The notes under the pieces were generated by a model, which made no database searches, was not told where the DNA came from, and saw only the letters and a list, made by a program, of their open reading frames with translations. A stretch of DNA of 37,613 nucleotides from Vitrella brassicaformis CCMP3155 (Eukaryota; Protista; Chromerida). The stretch's first letter is position 1, and the number at the start of each line of letters is the position of its first letter. Below, in pieces: positions 22,431 through 32,261 of the stretch. The DNA is taken from the NCBI GenBank assembly GCA_001179505.1, contig CDMY01000641.1:1-37613 (forward strand), given 5' to 3'. Position numbers and translations under genes: made by a program.

Positions 22431-22939
22431 ACAGAGAAAAGGGACTGATGCTTGCCCTAAACGCTGATGCTCCCTCTTACGGCAACCGCCCCACGCGATC
22501 CATCCTGGCGACGCACGAGCGCAGAAAGAAGAACAAGCAAGTGCGCGCCTGCGAGGACCTGTCCATGACCTTCACCCCTCTGGTCGTCACCGTCGATGGG
22601 GTGTGGGGGAGGGAGGCGGAGCACTTCTTCACCCGCTTGACTGAGCAGCTGTTGACGAGGCAGGGGTGGTCAGATAGGGGGCGAGGGCGGGTGCATGGGT
22701 GGCTGCGTGCTCGTTTGTCTGTTGCATTGGTGCGGGCTGCTAGCCTGTGTTTGAGGGGCGGGAGGCAGTCATGGCGTGGTGTTGGGGCGATGGACGGGGC
22801 TGGGGTGTTCTCATCGGATGAGTGAGCGTGCCCTTTGTGCATAGGCATATGTGGATAGATTCATGGAGGCGATTTGGGCAAGCGAGTGCATGGATGCCAT
22901 CTGTCAATTATCTCTTCCTGAAAAAAACAGAGAAAAGGG
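22431..22939. repeat. 13-bp target-site duplication ACAGAGAAAAGGG at 22431-22443 and 22927-22939
   Basis: Exact direct repeat flanking the insertion; removing the insert and one copy restores MAMLPLFSVRPPVSVL, matching the N-termini of paralogues B and C. Confidence 0.92.
22444..22926 (+). mobile_element. 5'-truncated non-LTR retrotransposon, restriction-like endonuclease (CRE/R2-type) 3' end
   Basis: ORF 22448-22825 (NADAPSY...HERRKKNKQ...FTPLVVTVDGVWGREAEHF...GWLRARLSVALVRAASLCLRG) matches the C-terminus of RLE retrotransposon proteins; about 95-nt 3' UTR, A-tail 22921-22926, 13-bp TSD. Confidence 0.88.
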
Positions 22940-23527
22940 GCAACATCGCCATTTCTCTCGACTTGACAAGTCCCTTTCGGCGATGACCTCGATGACTTTG
23001 CAGGACGTGGCAGCTACCCTGAGACGACAAGAGAGAGGAGCCTGGTCGACACGAGCAGCGAGGATAGAGAGAACAGAGAGAGAGCGAGTCGTTGATGAAG
23101 ATGGCAGATCCGGGCTGCTGGCCGCTGCCTCTGCTCAAAGGCGCCCGATTCATGCCTCTGCAGTAGGAAGAGCGAACTCGCACAGGGACTCGAGAGAGCG
23201 GTTTCACGGAATCGGCCCGAAGCGCAAGAGCGGTTTCCTGGGCTTAATCGAAGAACGAGAAGAAAAAGGAGCGAAGAAGGCGTTCCACATTGACTTTGAA
23301 GCGGCCGATGGTCACAGGTACGCCAAAAAGCGAAGTCTTTCGCATCTTCTCAATTGTGTGCTTCGCAGTGAATGCGAATGCCTGACCCCCTCCCTCCTCA
23401 CGGCTCCTTGTCCAACGACCAGCGCCAGCCGCCCCGTCGGCAATGCGATACTTGACTTCCTCATTGCAAAGCGCGAATCCCGTCTGCCCGTGACAGGACT
23501 TAGTGCCGTCCCACTTTGTGCTGCCAT

Positions 23528-25060
23528 ATGACGGGTTGGCTGTCTTTCCAGTGGTGGCGGGGGACGCCGCAGCCGTACTGCCGAGTCAACGATATCGAGA
23601 GCGGCCTTCTCGCATCTGCTCAAGTCAACGATGCCGATGAGCTGTCATCTTCTCTTCAATTGTCATCGGTTCTCGTCACGGGCAACGACGCTGCTGCCGT
23701 TACTGCTGCTGGTGGGGAAGAGCGGGTGCTTCCTCCTGACGTCTATGGGCGCGCTTCCCTCTCTTTCCTGAGTGTCGCCGAGCTGCTGAGAGCCCGAGCA
23801 GTCAGCAAAGCGTATGGAACGGAGCTGATAGATGCGGCTTTCATTATGCAGCGCATCGACTCGTACCTCGCCCAGCAGGACCTCACCGGCCTCATCGATG
23901 TCGAAAGACACCGCACAGACATCGACTACTTTTCCCGATGCGCCTATCTCATCGAACAGGCGAATCGGGCGAGTACTCTCATCAGAATGGCGAACAGCTG
24001 TCGACTCATTGACAATCAGCTGCCCCTGGTGCTGCCTGCTGAGTGTGTGCTGGCCGATCTGCCGGACAAGACGACCTTTCATCGGCTGCCCACGACCATG
24101 GCAGTGTATAAGACGGTTGGCCAGCTATTCGGCGGTGACAGTGAGCGTGGAGAGAATAACACTGCTGCCGTGGGCCTGCGGATAGAGGAGAGTGAGAGGC
24201 TGAGGGTTGAGACCTTCCCAGAGATGGACTCCCCACTTTGGATTCTTGGCCTCTATTGCCCGGTGGTGTGGACCTTCGTTTGGTGGATATGTGTGTGTAT
24301 GTGTATCCGAGTGTGCGACTCTGCATTTGGGGATTACATCAAGGCAATGGAAGACACCTGGTACTTGGACTGCCTTTTGGTCATCCTTCAGATGATCTTT
24401 GCGGCTGTCGCGACGCTGGGGCTCGTTGGGCCTTTCTTCTGCTTTATAGAGCTTTTGACGGCCAGATGGCGTGTCGTGCAGTGGTGCAGCATCGGCGGGC
24501 GGCGATTCCGGGCGGCTTTCAGAGACGAGTTACCAAATGCAGATGACCTCCGGATCCCCCCGCAGGCCAATCACATCACTGATGGGCAGTCATACAGGGC
24601 GACTTACTGGGACAGAGACCCGGCAGTCCTCTGCGGCGCCTCTACTCATCCGTCATTCACCACTTTCGCCCTCCACACCCTCATCATGGCTACCAAAAGA
24701 AGAGTGCTCCTCGACATGCGGCTGGAGCACCAGGCTTTTCAGCAGCTGACGCGTCATGGGATCACTGCCGATGAACACGACGTGATTCTCATCGAGTGGC
24801 GAGACGACCGCCCGTTGAGGGCCACTGCGAAGGACTGTGAACGAATCATGATCGTGCTACTCATGGAGGATGACAAGGTGGGTGGACCTGCCGTGGCATC
24901 TCTGAAGCTTCGTGGCAATCGGCGGCTGGTGCTCAAGACAAACGAGAGGGAGGTGATGGGTGGCTGGACGCTGGACGAACGGTTTCCCTTGACCATGTCT
25001 CGCATGCGGCAGCTGCTGAAACGATTCGAACTCGAGGATACCGTACTTGGCCCGACGTGA
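23528..25060 (+). CDS. Intronless lineage-expanded family protein with F-box-like N-terminal motif
   Basis: 510-codon ORF from ATG 23528; VLPPDVYGRASLSFLSVAELLRARAVSKAY resembles an F-box; contains a hydrophobic insert; C-terminus VASLKL...LKTNERE...ERFPLTMSRMRQLL. Confidence 0.7.
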   Translation: MTGWLSFQWWRGTPQPYCRVNDIESGLLASAQVNDADELSSSLQLSSVLVTGNDAAAVTAAGGEERVLPPDVYGRASLSFLSVAELLRARAVSKAYGTELIDAAFIMQRIDSYLAQQDLTGLIDVERHRTDIDYFSRCAYLIEQANRASTLIRMANSCRLIDNQLPLVLPAECVLADLPDKTTFHRLPTTMAVYKTVGQLFGGDSERGENNTAAVGLRIEESERLRVETFPEMDSPLWILGLYCPVVWTFVWWICVCMCIRVCDSAFGDYIKAMEDTWYLDCLLVILQMIFAAVATLGLVGPFFCFIELLTARWRVVQWCSIGGRRFRAAFRDELPNADDLRIPPQANHITDGQSYRATYWDRDPAVLCGASTHPSFTTFALHTLIMATKRRVLLDMRLEHQAFQQLTRHGITADEHDVILIEWRDDRPLRATAKDCERIMIVLLMEDDKVGGPAVASLKLRGNRRLVLKTNEREVMGGWTLDERFPLTMSRMRQLLKRFELEDTVLGPT

Positions 25061-25786
25061 ATCGAGTGTCTCCGTGTGCGTGTGCGCGTCAATAAGGAAG
25101 ACAGACAAGAGACACGGACGGAGGATTGCATGGAGTCGAAGCAATATATGGAGTGGAAGTCGATTGCATGGAGAATCACGACTTGATCGATAATGATATG
25201 GAGTCGAAGCAAGTGTTTCTTGGTCGGCATCCTTGCCCCCCCCGTGGCTCGGCCGACCAAGAAACACGAATGAATGCAATTCATTTCGGCCTTTGCGATG
25301 CTCGATGAGCTTTGTGGTACCACGTTCATTGAATGAATGATCCATACATAAACGCATGACTGTCACCTCAAATCTCTCTATCCCTCCCACACATGCACAA
25401 AATGACGGTGTTGACAACGTCGTTGACAGCAAAGAAGCCAAGCCTTACAATACACCACAAACAGCAACACGCATGCAGGCAGACGCGAGCGGATTGCTCG
25501 GATTGCCGCCACTGCACACGTAAGTACGGATGAACCTACCTACCTACCTACGCGCACTACATATTTTGAGCCCTTGTATCGACTCAAATCACACCAGGCC
25601 ACCACACACAAGGGCCAGCCTCCACTAAACAGTATACGCGTTCGCCAGGAGAAAAAAACACGCAGGACAACGCACACACCCACATAAGAGAGGGGGACAT
25701 GTTCACACACGCCCCTGCCTCTCCTGCCTTCCCTTCGGCCCTCCCTCCCTCCCTCTCTCTCTGTCCCTCTGGATCGATCCTACCAG

Positions 25787-26551
25787 TCAGCTACGCACCA
25801 ACAGCGGGGTTGTCCAAGTCACCGGCTGGCCGTTCAAAAGTGCCCCTTGTCCTGTCGTGATGGTGGTCATGACCGGCGGGCTGGTCCTGGGTGCGACGGA
25901 AGGCACGGCCTGCTGGAAGCGGATCGTCATGGTGTTCCTCTTGCCGGTATTGGCGATGTACCTGTCGCCAACCACAGAAGCCGGATGCCAATCAAGCACA
26001 CCGTGCACGCGGTATGTATTTGTGTACCTGCCCCTGATATGCGACTGCCAGCTCTCATCGAACCTTCCGGTGACGTCCACATGAAGGTTGCCATTGATGG
26101 CCTTCTCGCCCCACGACACTTCCCCGGTCGTCGCGTTGAAGAAGCCCTCCACCCTGAAGGCTCCGTCTGCGTCACTTCCCTCGCCGCTCAGAGTGCCGTC
26201 GTACTCGAACGTGAGCATATAGGTGGTGATAAAAGTCTGGTGGTTCTCGGTGTACGTTCCAATCCACTTGCCAGACTCAGGGGGCGTGGCTGTCGGTTCT
26301 GGCTTGATACGCTTCTGCCGGTTGTTGGCGAGCCAGATGGGCCTGTGCCACATCACATACTTGACGATGAGAATGATGGCGAACACCAAGATGGCACTGA
26401 TGAGGAAGCCGGTGTCGCTCCCAGTTGATATCACGTATATTCCTCCACCACCGCCGCCCCCTCCTCCCTTCCTAAGGCCGCCGTCCGCATCCACAAGGAG
26501 CATCGCAGTGGTAAGTAGCACCAGAGGACGGCCGGTCGAGAGGGGCAGCAT
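25787..26551 (-). CDS. Gly-rich single-pass membrane protein, copy B
   Basis: MLPLSTGRPLVLLTTAMLLVDADGGLRK-G9, TM segment, same conserved domain; 66-nt intron 25962-26027 is in frame and stop-free. Confidence 0.85.
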   Translation of the reverse strand: MLPLSTGRPLVLLTTAMLLVDADGGLRKGGGGGGGGGIYVISTGSDTGFLISAILVFAIILIVKYVMWHRPIWLANNRQKRIKPEPTATPPESGKWIGTYTENHQTFITTYMLTFEYDGTLSGEGSDADGAFRVEGFFNATTGEVSWGEKAINGNLHVDVTGRFDESWQSHIRGRYTNTYRVHGVLDWHPASVVGDRYIANTGKRNTMTIRFQQAVPSVAPRTSPPVMTTITTGQGALLNGQPVTWTTPLLVRS

Positions 26552-26899
26552 CGCCGGCTCTTCGGCTTGAGAGGTTCCTTGATGAGGTAGACAAGCTTGT
26601 TGGACGTGGCAGCCGCCCTGGGACAGCTGTCGGCGCGAGGGGAGAGAGAAAAGAGAGATCTCGGGGCGATAGATGCGATGATGAAGATGGCAGATCCATT
26701 ACTGGCGGCCACTCCTTGTCACAGTCTGGCTGGAATGCCTGCCAGGAGTTGCTTGGGGCCCTCGCGATCTTTGAGCCTGCGCGGCTGGGGTGCTCCTGAA
26801 ACCTCTGCTGCAGGAAAAAACGTGAAACCGCTCGCAGGAACACGTACTCAACGAAACCGCTGCAGGAAAAGGTACAGGATAAGCGCTCACGCACGTACA

Positions 26900-28694
26900 A
26901 TGCATGGGTTGACTGCGTTCATTCAAGCGCTGGCTCTGCTGCAGATCTTTGCTTTTGCGAGGGAGATCTTGGTCCGTCAGCCGCTAGGTAAGCCCACCTC
27001 AATGAATGGGACAATTCAAGCCAGCCGCCATGCAATCAAAGCGCTGCCGAAGGTGGAGCTGCACGCGCATCTCCACGGCAGCATCAAGCAGCAGACTCTG
27101 CAGCGGCTGCTGGCCGAGAGACGACCCTCCGACGACCGGCTGGCAGACGTGAGCTTCGACCTGTTCCACATCGACTCGATAAGGGACCTCGACAAGTGCT
27201 TTGTGTACTTTGAGTTGGTGTATTTGCTGGTGGAGGACGAGCAGACGGTGCAGCAGATCACTCAGGAGGTGCTGCGGGACTTCTATGAAGATGGCGTGAG
27301 ATACCTGGAGCTCAGGACGGTGGGTGCGTCACATGCATGCATGTGGCTCATCTGTCTGTGTTTTCTGTCTGTGTTTGGTGTGTGTGTGTGTGTGTGTGTG
27401 TGCAGACGCCTAAAGCGAATGAGCGGACTGGGCTGACGAAGGATTCGTACCTGCAGACACTCGAGCGGGCTATCGAGTGGGCGAAAGAGGCCCTGCCAGA
27501 CATGCAGGTGGGCAAAACGGGATATGGATCAGTGAAGCCATGCAGTGGCTGTAGCTCTGCGGGTGTGTGAGTGCAGGTGTATCTGCTGTTGTCTGTGAAT
27601 CGTGCCCGATTGACGAGTGCCGAAGATGCGAGGAAAGATGTGGATGAGCTGCTGGACCTGGCCATCAAACACCGGTCCCTTGTGGTCAGCTCAGCGCACT
27701 CAGACAGCAGGCAGGCAGGCAGGCAGGCAGAGATATGGTGAGTGGGTGTTGCTGCTGGGGACAGGTGGGTGTGGATATCTGTGGCAATCCCGCCAAAGGC
27801 GACCTCTCGTTGGTGCTGCCCCTCTTGCGCAGCCGGCTGTACGATGACGCGCGGTACCACCACCTCAAGCTCACCGTACACACGGCAGAGGTGCACACAC
27901 ACACACACACACACAGGCAGGCACGCGCCCAGACGCATTCTCCGCGTTCAGATGGCCAACACCGATACGGAGAATGCGGCCATTCTGGAGCTCAACCCGC
28001 AGAGGCTCGGCCATGTGTGCTTCCTGGTGCGTGCAGGGGTAGACGCAGTAGTGTAGCCGCGGCGACACATCCCACTGTCGCCGCCACATGTGTTGCCTTG
28101 TTGTCTGTATGGATGCAGAGTGATGCGCACAGCGAGTTGGTGGCCCGCGAGGGGAGGGCGATTGAACTGTGTCCCACGTCCAACAAAGTCGCCATGGACC
28201 TGACGTATGAGGGCGGACACATACGGAGAGCGACAGAAAGAATGGGATGCATGTGGTCGTCATGGGTGTGTGTGTGTGTGTATGTGTGTCAGGACGATGG
28301 AAGACCACCACTTCGGGTACTATTACAAGGAGAGGAGGCACCCCGCCATCAGCATATGCACCGACGACACTGGCCTGTTCTCCACCACCCTCACAGACGA
28401 GCTCCAACATCTCGCACAAGTGAGTGACCGACCGATCAAAACCACACACGACGCAATGTGTGCACTCATCTGTGGTGTCTCATTCAGGCATTCGATCTCA
28501 CTTTGGACGACATATGGTCCCTTCAGCAGAGCGCATTCAAGTCCTCCTTCGCCCCGCCCGAGGCGCGTCAGCGGCTGGGCGAGCGGTTCTTCTTTCGACC
28601 GCTGAGCGATGTGTGTGGTGGGTGTGGTGGGGAGAATAATGCCGGCGATGAGAGGGGGGTGGCGGAGGGGTGTGAGGGGGAGAGGGGCGGGTAG
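26900..28694 (+). CDS. ADAL: Adenosine deaminase-like protein / N6-methyl-AMP deaminase
   Basis: LPKVELHAHLHGSI, DGVRYLELRT|TP, GVDICGNP, TVHTAE, RLGH, IELCPTSN, SICTDDTGLFSTTLTDE across several GT-AG introns. Start is either ATG 26900 or ATG 27002 (same frame). Confidence 0.88.
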
Positions 28695-29083
28695 ACGGCC
28701 TCTCTTGGGCCTTAGTCGGTTGTGTGTGTGTGTGAGTGTGTGTGTGATTTGGGGCGTATGAATGGTGTATGGATCGATGGCCGATGAGCAGACGGCCAAG
28801 TATGTGTACGCGCGTTTGTGAAAGGAGTGCAGTGAGTGCATCATCAGACAGACACTGAATGAATCCATTCAGTCATTCAGTCAGCAATGGCGATGTCATG
28901 TGTTGATCCATCCATCCATCCAATCCAGCAGGCAATGGTAGATATGTACACACAAGCCAACACAACCTCCTAGTCACACACACATCCACATGGATGCATC
29001 TGAATTCGCAAGCTGGCCATCTAGCCATCTATCTGTCTATCTTTCCTATCCTCCATCGAATCTAAGTCGCCTCAGCGACTCAC

Positions 29084-32000
29084 TCAGTCGTCCTCTCCGT
29101 CATTGTTCTGAGACGACTCCGCCTCAGACTTCTTGCGCTTCTTGGCTTTGGCCTTGGCCCGCTGCCGCTTGGGGGCCGGCTCGGGGATGTCCCTCTCGGG
29201 CAGCGTCAGCGACGCCGGCGCGTAGAGGGCCCGGAGGTTGTCGAATGTCTGGCAACCGATGGCAGATCCAATCAGTGCACACAGAGAACACACAGAATGA
29301 GTCGCATTTCGTGTGGGGGGTGAGGGTGGAGGGTGTTGACCTTTTCTATGACTGGGGGTCTGAATCCCTTGGCGGCTTTCTGGTTGAGTCGCAGCATGTC
29401 GATGGCGAAGAGCTTCAGGTGTCTTGTGATGGTCTTGTTGTTGGGCGTGGCCATCAGGCCGTGGTACAGCGCCCAAGGGGTCGGCCACTTGCTCACCAAC
29501 ACCTCGACGGCCTTGACGCCACAGCCCGCCACCTGCACACAATAAGAGAGAACACTTTTCCTTTTGTCTAGCGCCCTTCTCTCTCTTTCCCTCGCTGTGT
29601 GTGTGGGGCGGCAGAGGGTACCTGGCCCAGATGCCGTCCAAACGTCTGTGTCGTGGTGAGGCCGACGTGCTTCTTGACCACCGCTTCCCACTCGGCAAAC
29701 TCCCACGTCGCGACACACGACGTGTGCCGCAAGGGGCTACGGATGGCACGCGACACGGCAGCCGTCACCCTCATGTGGAGCTTGGCCAACACCTCACAAC
29801 TGAAGCAAAGAGGGAGGGAACGAGATAATGTGGGTGCGAAGGAGGGAGAGGGAGGGGCATGGGGGCGTACGTGCGTCTGGAGTTGTGTGTGAGGATCACG
29901 TTGAGGCCGGTGATGAGTTGGGTGTGGGTGATGGCTGTCGATCGGGCGCTGTCGTCGTCGCCGTGGAAGCGGCGCTGGCCGATGTCCCACATGGTCTGCT
30001 GGAACTGCTCCTCTACCAGGTAGATCACCTAAAGACACACACACACACACACGCGTGCACAAGGTGTGTAGGTGAGTTGGTTTCCGTGTGTGTGTGTGTG
30101 TGTGTGTTTGCCTGCTTGATTCCCGGTGCACGAGACAGCCGATACTTCTGCTCGTGATACCTGACACACACAAAACACACCCGCGGCCATAATGCAGCCG
30201 ATCGGATGTGTGTTTCCATCCGCCCTTCCCTCCCTCCCTCCCTGACCCACCTGCCATCGACAATGCTCGAGTCCAAATCGCCCACCGTCTTCCTCTCCAC
30301 CGCCCACCCCGCCACCCACTCCCCATACCCACTCCCATCCTGACGCGCCCCCCGCACCACCCACACAAAGTCACCCAGGGCCAGCACCTTCGTCTCTGCC
30401 TTCACCCCCCGCCGCTGCAGTTCATCCAGCGAGAACTTGTGCCTGGTGGTCTCGCGAGTGTCGACGAGCAGCACCACGTCGAGCGGCGACCGGGGGTCGA
30501 TCGCCGCGCTGCCTGACGGGCGCATTGGCACGATGTCCCTCGTGACTGGGAGGGAGGGGGGCGGGGGAGGGAGGGGGGGTAGCGGATCTGCTGCAGCTAC
30601 TGCTCCTGATCCCGATGCTGGTGCTGCTGCTGCTGCTGCCGGACGGTCCTCCTCGCCCCCCATCATCATCATATCTAGGTCGTCATCGACATCGCCGGGA
30701 AAGGGTGGCACGGGTGGTAGATCCACCCCCACCCCCCCACCCTTGCCCTTGCCCTTCTTGTTCTTCTTCTGACGTGGCGGCGATGGCGCGTCCGACCGCT
30801 GAGACTGCGAGAGGAACGGCGCCCCGGCCGGTCCTGGTCGTGGTGGGTCGTCACACTGCGTGAGGCCAAGCAGCGGCAAATCGATGTTGGTGACGAGCGG
30901 TGCGGCGACGGCCTCGCCCTCTCGGGTGAGTGAGTATGCGGGGACAGGCTTGGGGGGTTTGCTGCCGGGCGGGGCGGGGGAGGGGAGACGGGGAGAGGAC
31001 ATCACTAGGCGCTTGTCTATCAGCTTCCTGAAGTTGGCCGGGGTGGGCTTGACCTCGAAACTAGGGAGAGCCTGATTGGAGAGACAGACAGACAGAGAGC
31101 AGCGCACAGCTCATGTGGTGGCTGTCGGGGCTTCCATCGAATCGGGCATGCACATGCCCCTCACTCACTCACTCACTCACTCACTCACTGACCTCTCTGA
31201 GCTCCTGTGCGGCGGTCTTCATCTCTTCTGCCGTCATTCGACCGCCGTCATGCTTGTGCCCATGGGCATACAGGCACACGAGCAGCGACCACACAATGGT
31301 GCCTTCCTTGGGCCGGAAGGACGCCGCCAGGCTATCGGCATCCGCCCCGCCGCCCTCCCCCTCATCGCCCATGCCGCCCGGCCCTCTGCCGTACATCTGG
31401 CTGAGCTCTGCCGCCTTCTTCTGCGCCCATTTCAGGACGTCCTTGCGGTGGGCCTCTATGTCGGCCTCAGTGGGGTCTCTGTAGGGGTTGGGCACCATGG
31501 CAGCCAGCTCATCGGGATCCCTGAGTGAGAAGGGCAGCGCAGCAGAGGCACAGAGGGAGGGTGGTGTTTGCGTGTGGGGGTGGTGGTTGTGCTGTATGGT
31601 GTGGTGTGGTGTGTGGCGCTTTTACGTGTCGAAGATCTCTGCTCGTTGTGCGCCGACGCCCCCGATCCAGCGCTTGGCGTAGGCGCCGCTTACCACGGGC
31701 AGCGGGAAGGAATACAGACTCTTGACCACCTGGGCATACACAACACAACACAACACATGCATCCACCGACATATGAGTGAGAGCCTCCCTCCCTCCCTCC
31801 CTGCCTGCCTGCCTGCCTGCCTGCCTGTTCCGTTCCCTCCCTACCTGTCCCAGCCCCTTGGCAGCGTTTTGTCGCCCTTCTCGGTTGGCCTTGTCCCCCT
31901 CCGTCTGGTGGTAGTTGATCAGCTGCCAGTTCTCGGGATGCCCGCCCTTGGGCACATCCTTTCTTCTCTGAGCACCAGCTGCTGCTGTCGCTGCTGCTGA

Positions 32001-32096
32001 TGTCGCCTGCATCCCGCAGTCAGCGTCCATCTTGTTGAGAAGGCTGCGGAGAGGCGGAATGTATGCGGCAAGCAAACGTGTGATGAATGCTTTCAT
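29084..32096 (-). CDS. MUS81: MUS81 crossover junction endonuclease (ERCC4 nuclease)
   Basis: N-terminal HhH-like KSLYSFPLPVVSGAYAKRWIGGVG; winged-helix-like FRPKEGTIVWSLL; nuclease VLLVDTRE, LALGDFVWV, VERKTVGDLDSSIVDGR|YHEQKYRL, IYLVEE; C-terminal HhH QVAGCGVKAVE. Confidence 0.92.
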
Positions 32097-32261
32097 CCAC
32101 CATGGGCCGCATCTCGTCTACGGGAAAGTCATTGTCAGGCCTCCCATGTCCTTTCGAGGGCTTTTTTTCTCACCCAACGATCCACCCACCCAAAGCGTTT
32201 CACGCGGAATTCTGAAATCCCTTCTCGAGAGAACCCCCCTTCCGTCGTGCAGGTGGCCACG

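Larger units (their letters stand above)
21487..22952 (-). pseudogene. Gly-rich single-pass membrane protein, copy A, signal-peptide exon interrupted by a retroelement
   Basis: ATG 22952 (MAMLPLFS) | insertion | VRPPVSVLAAAVLLSAIPALVDAEGRRLK-G14-FV-G8, TM segment, domain SGQWVGRY...DGTVNGEGIDKDGAFKVEGFYN; intron 21797-21860; TAG 21487. Confidence 0.8.
19500..26700. repeat. Diverged tandem segmental duplication (family gene + / Gly-rich gene -)
   Basis: Same gene order twice; shared non-coding blocks such as TTGACAGCAAAGAAGCC and GAGCGGATTGCTC (about 21070-21140 vs 25425-25500), and GAAGTCTTTCRCATCTT (19508 vs 23332). Confidence 0.75.

Noticed and set aside
22851-23531. 226-aa plus-strand ORF
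   Set aside because: It runs through the TE 3' UTR, TSD and divergent promoter region, with no recognisable domain.
2-27341. TGCATGCA as an ApiAP2 promoter motif (2-9, 10553-10560, 27334-27341)
   Set aside because: The occurrences checked lie in intron-like sequence where TGCA/CATG words are common; no upstream positional bias.
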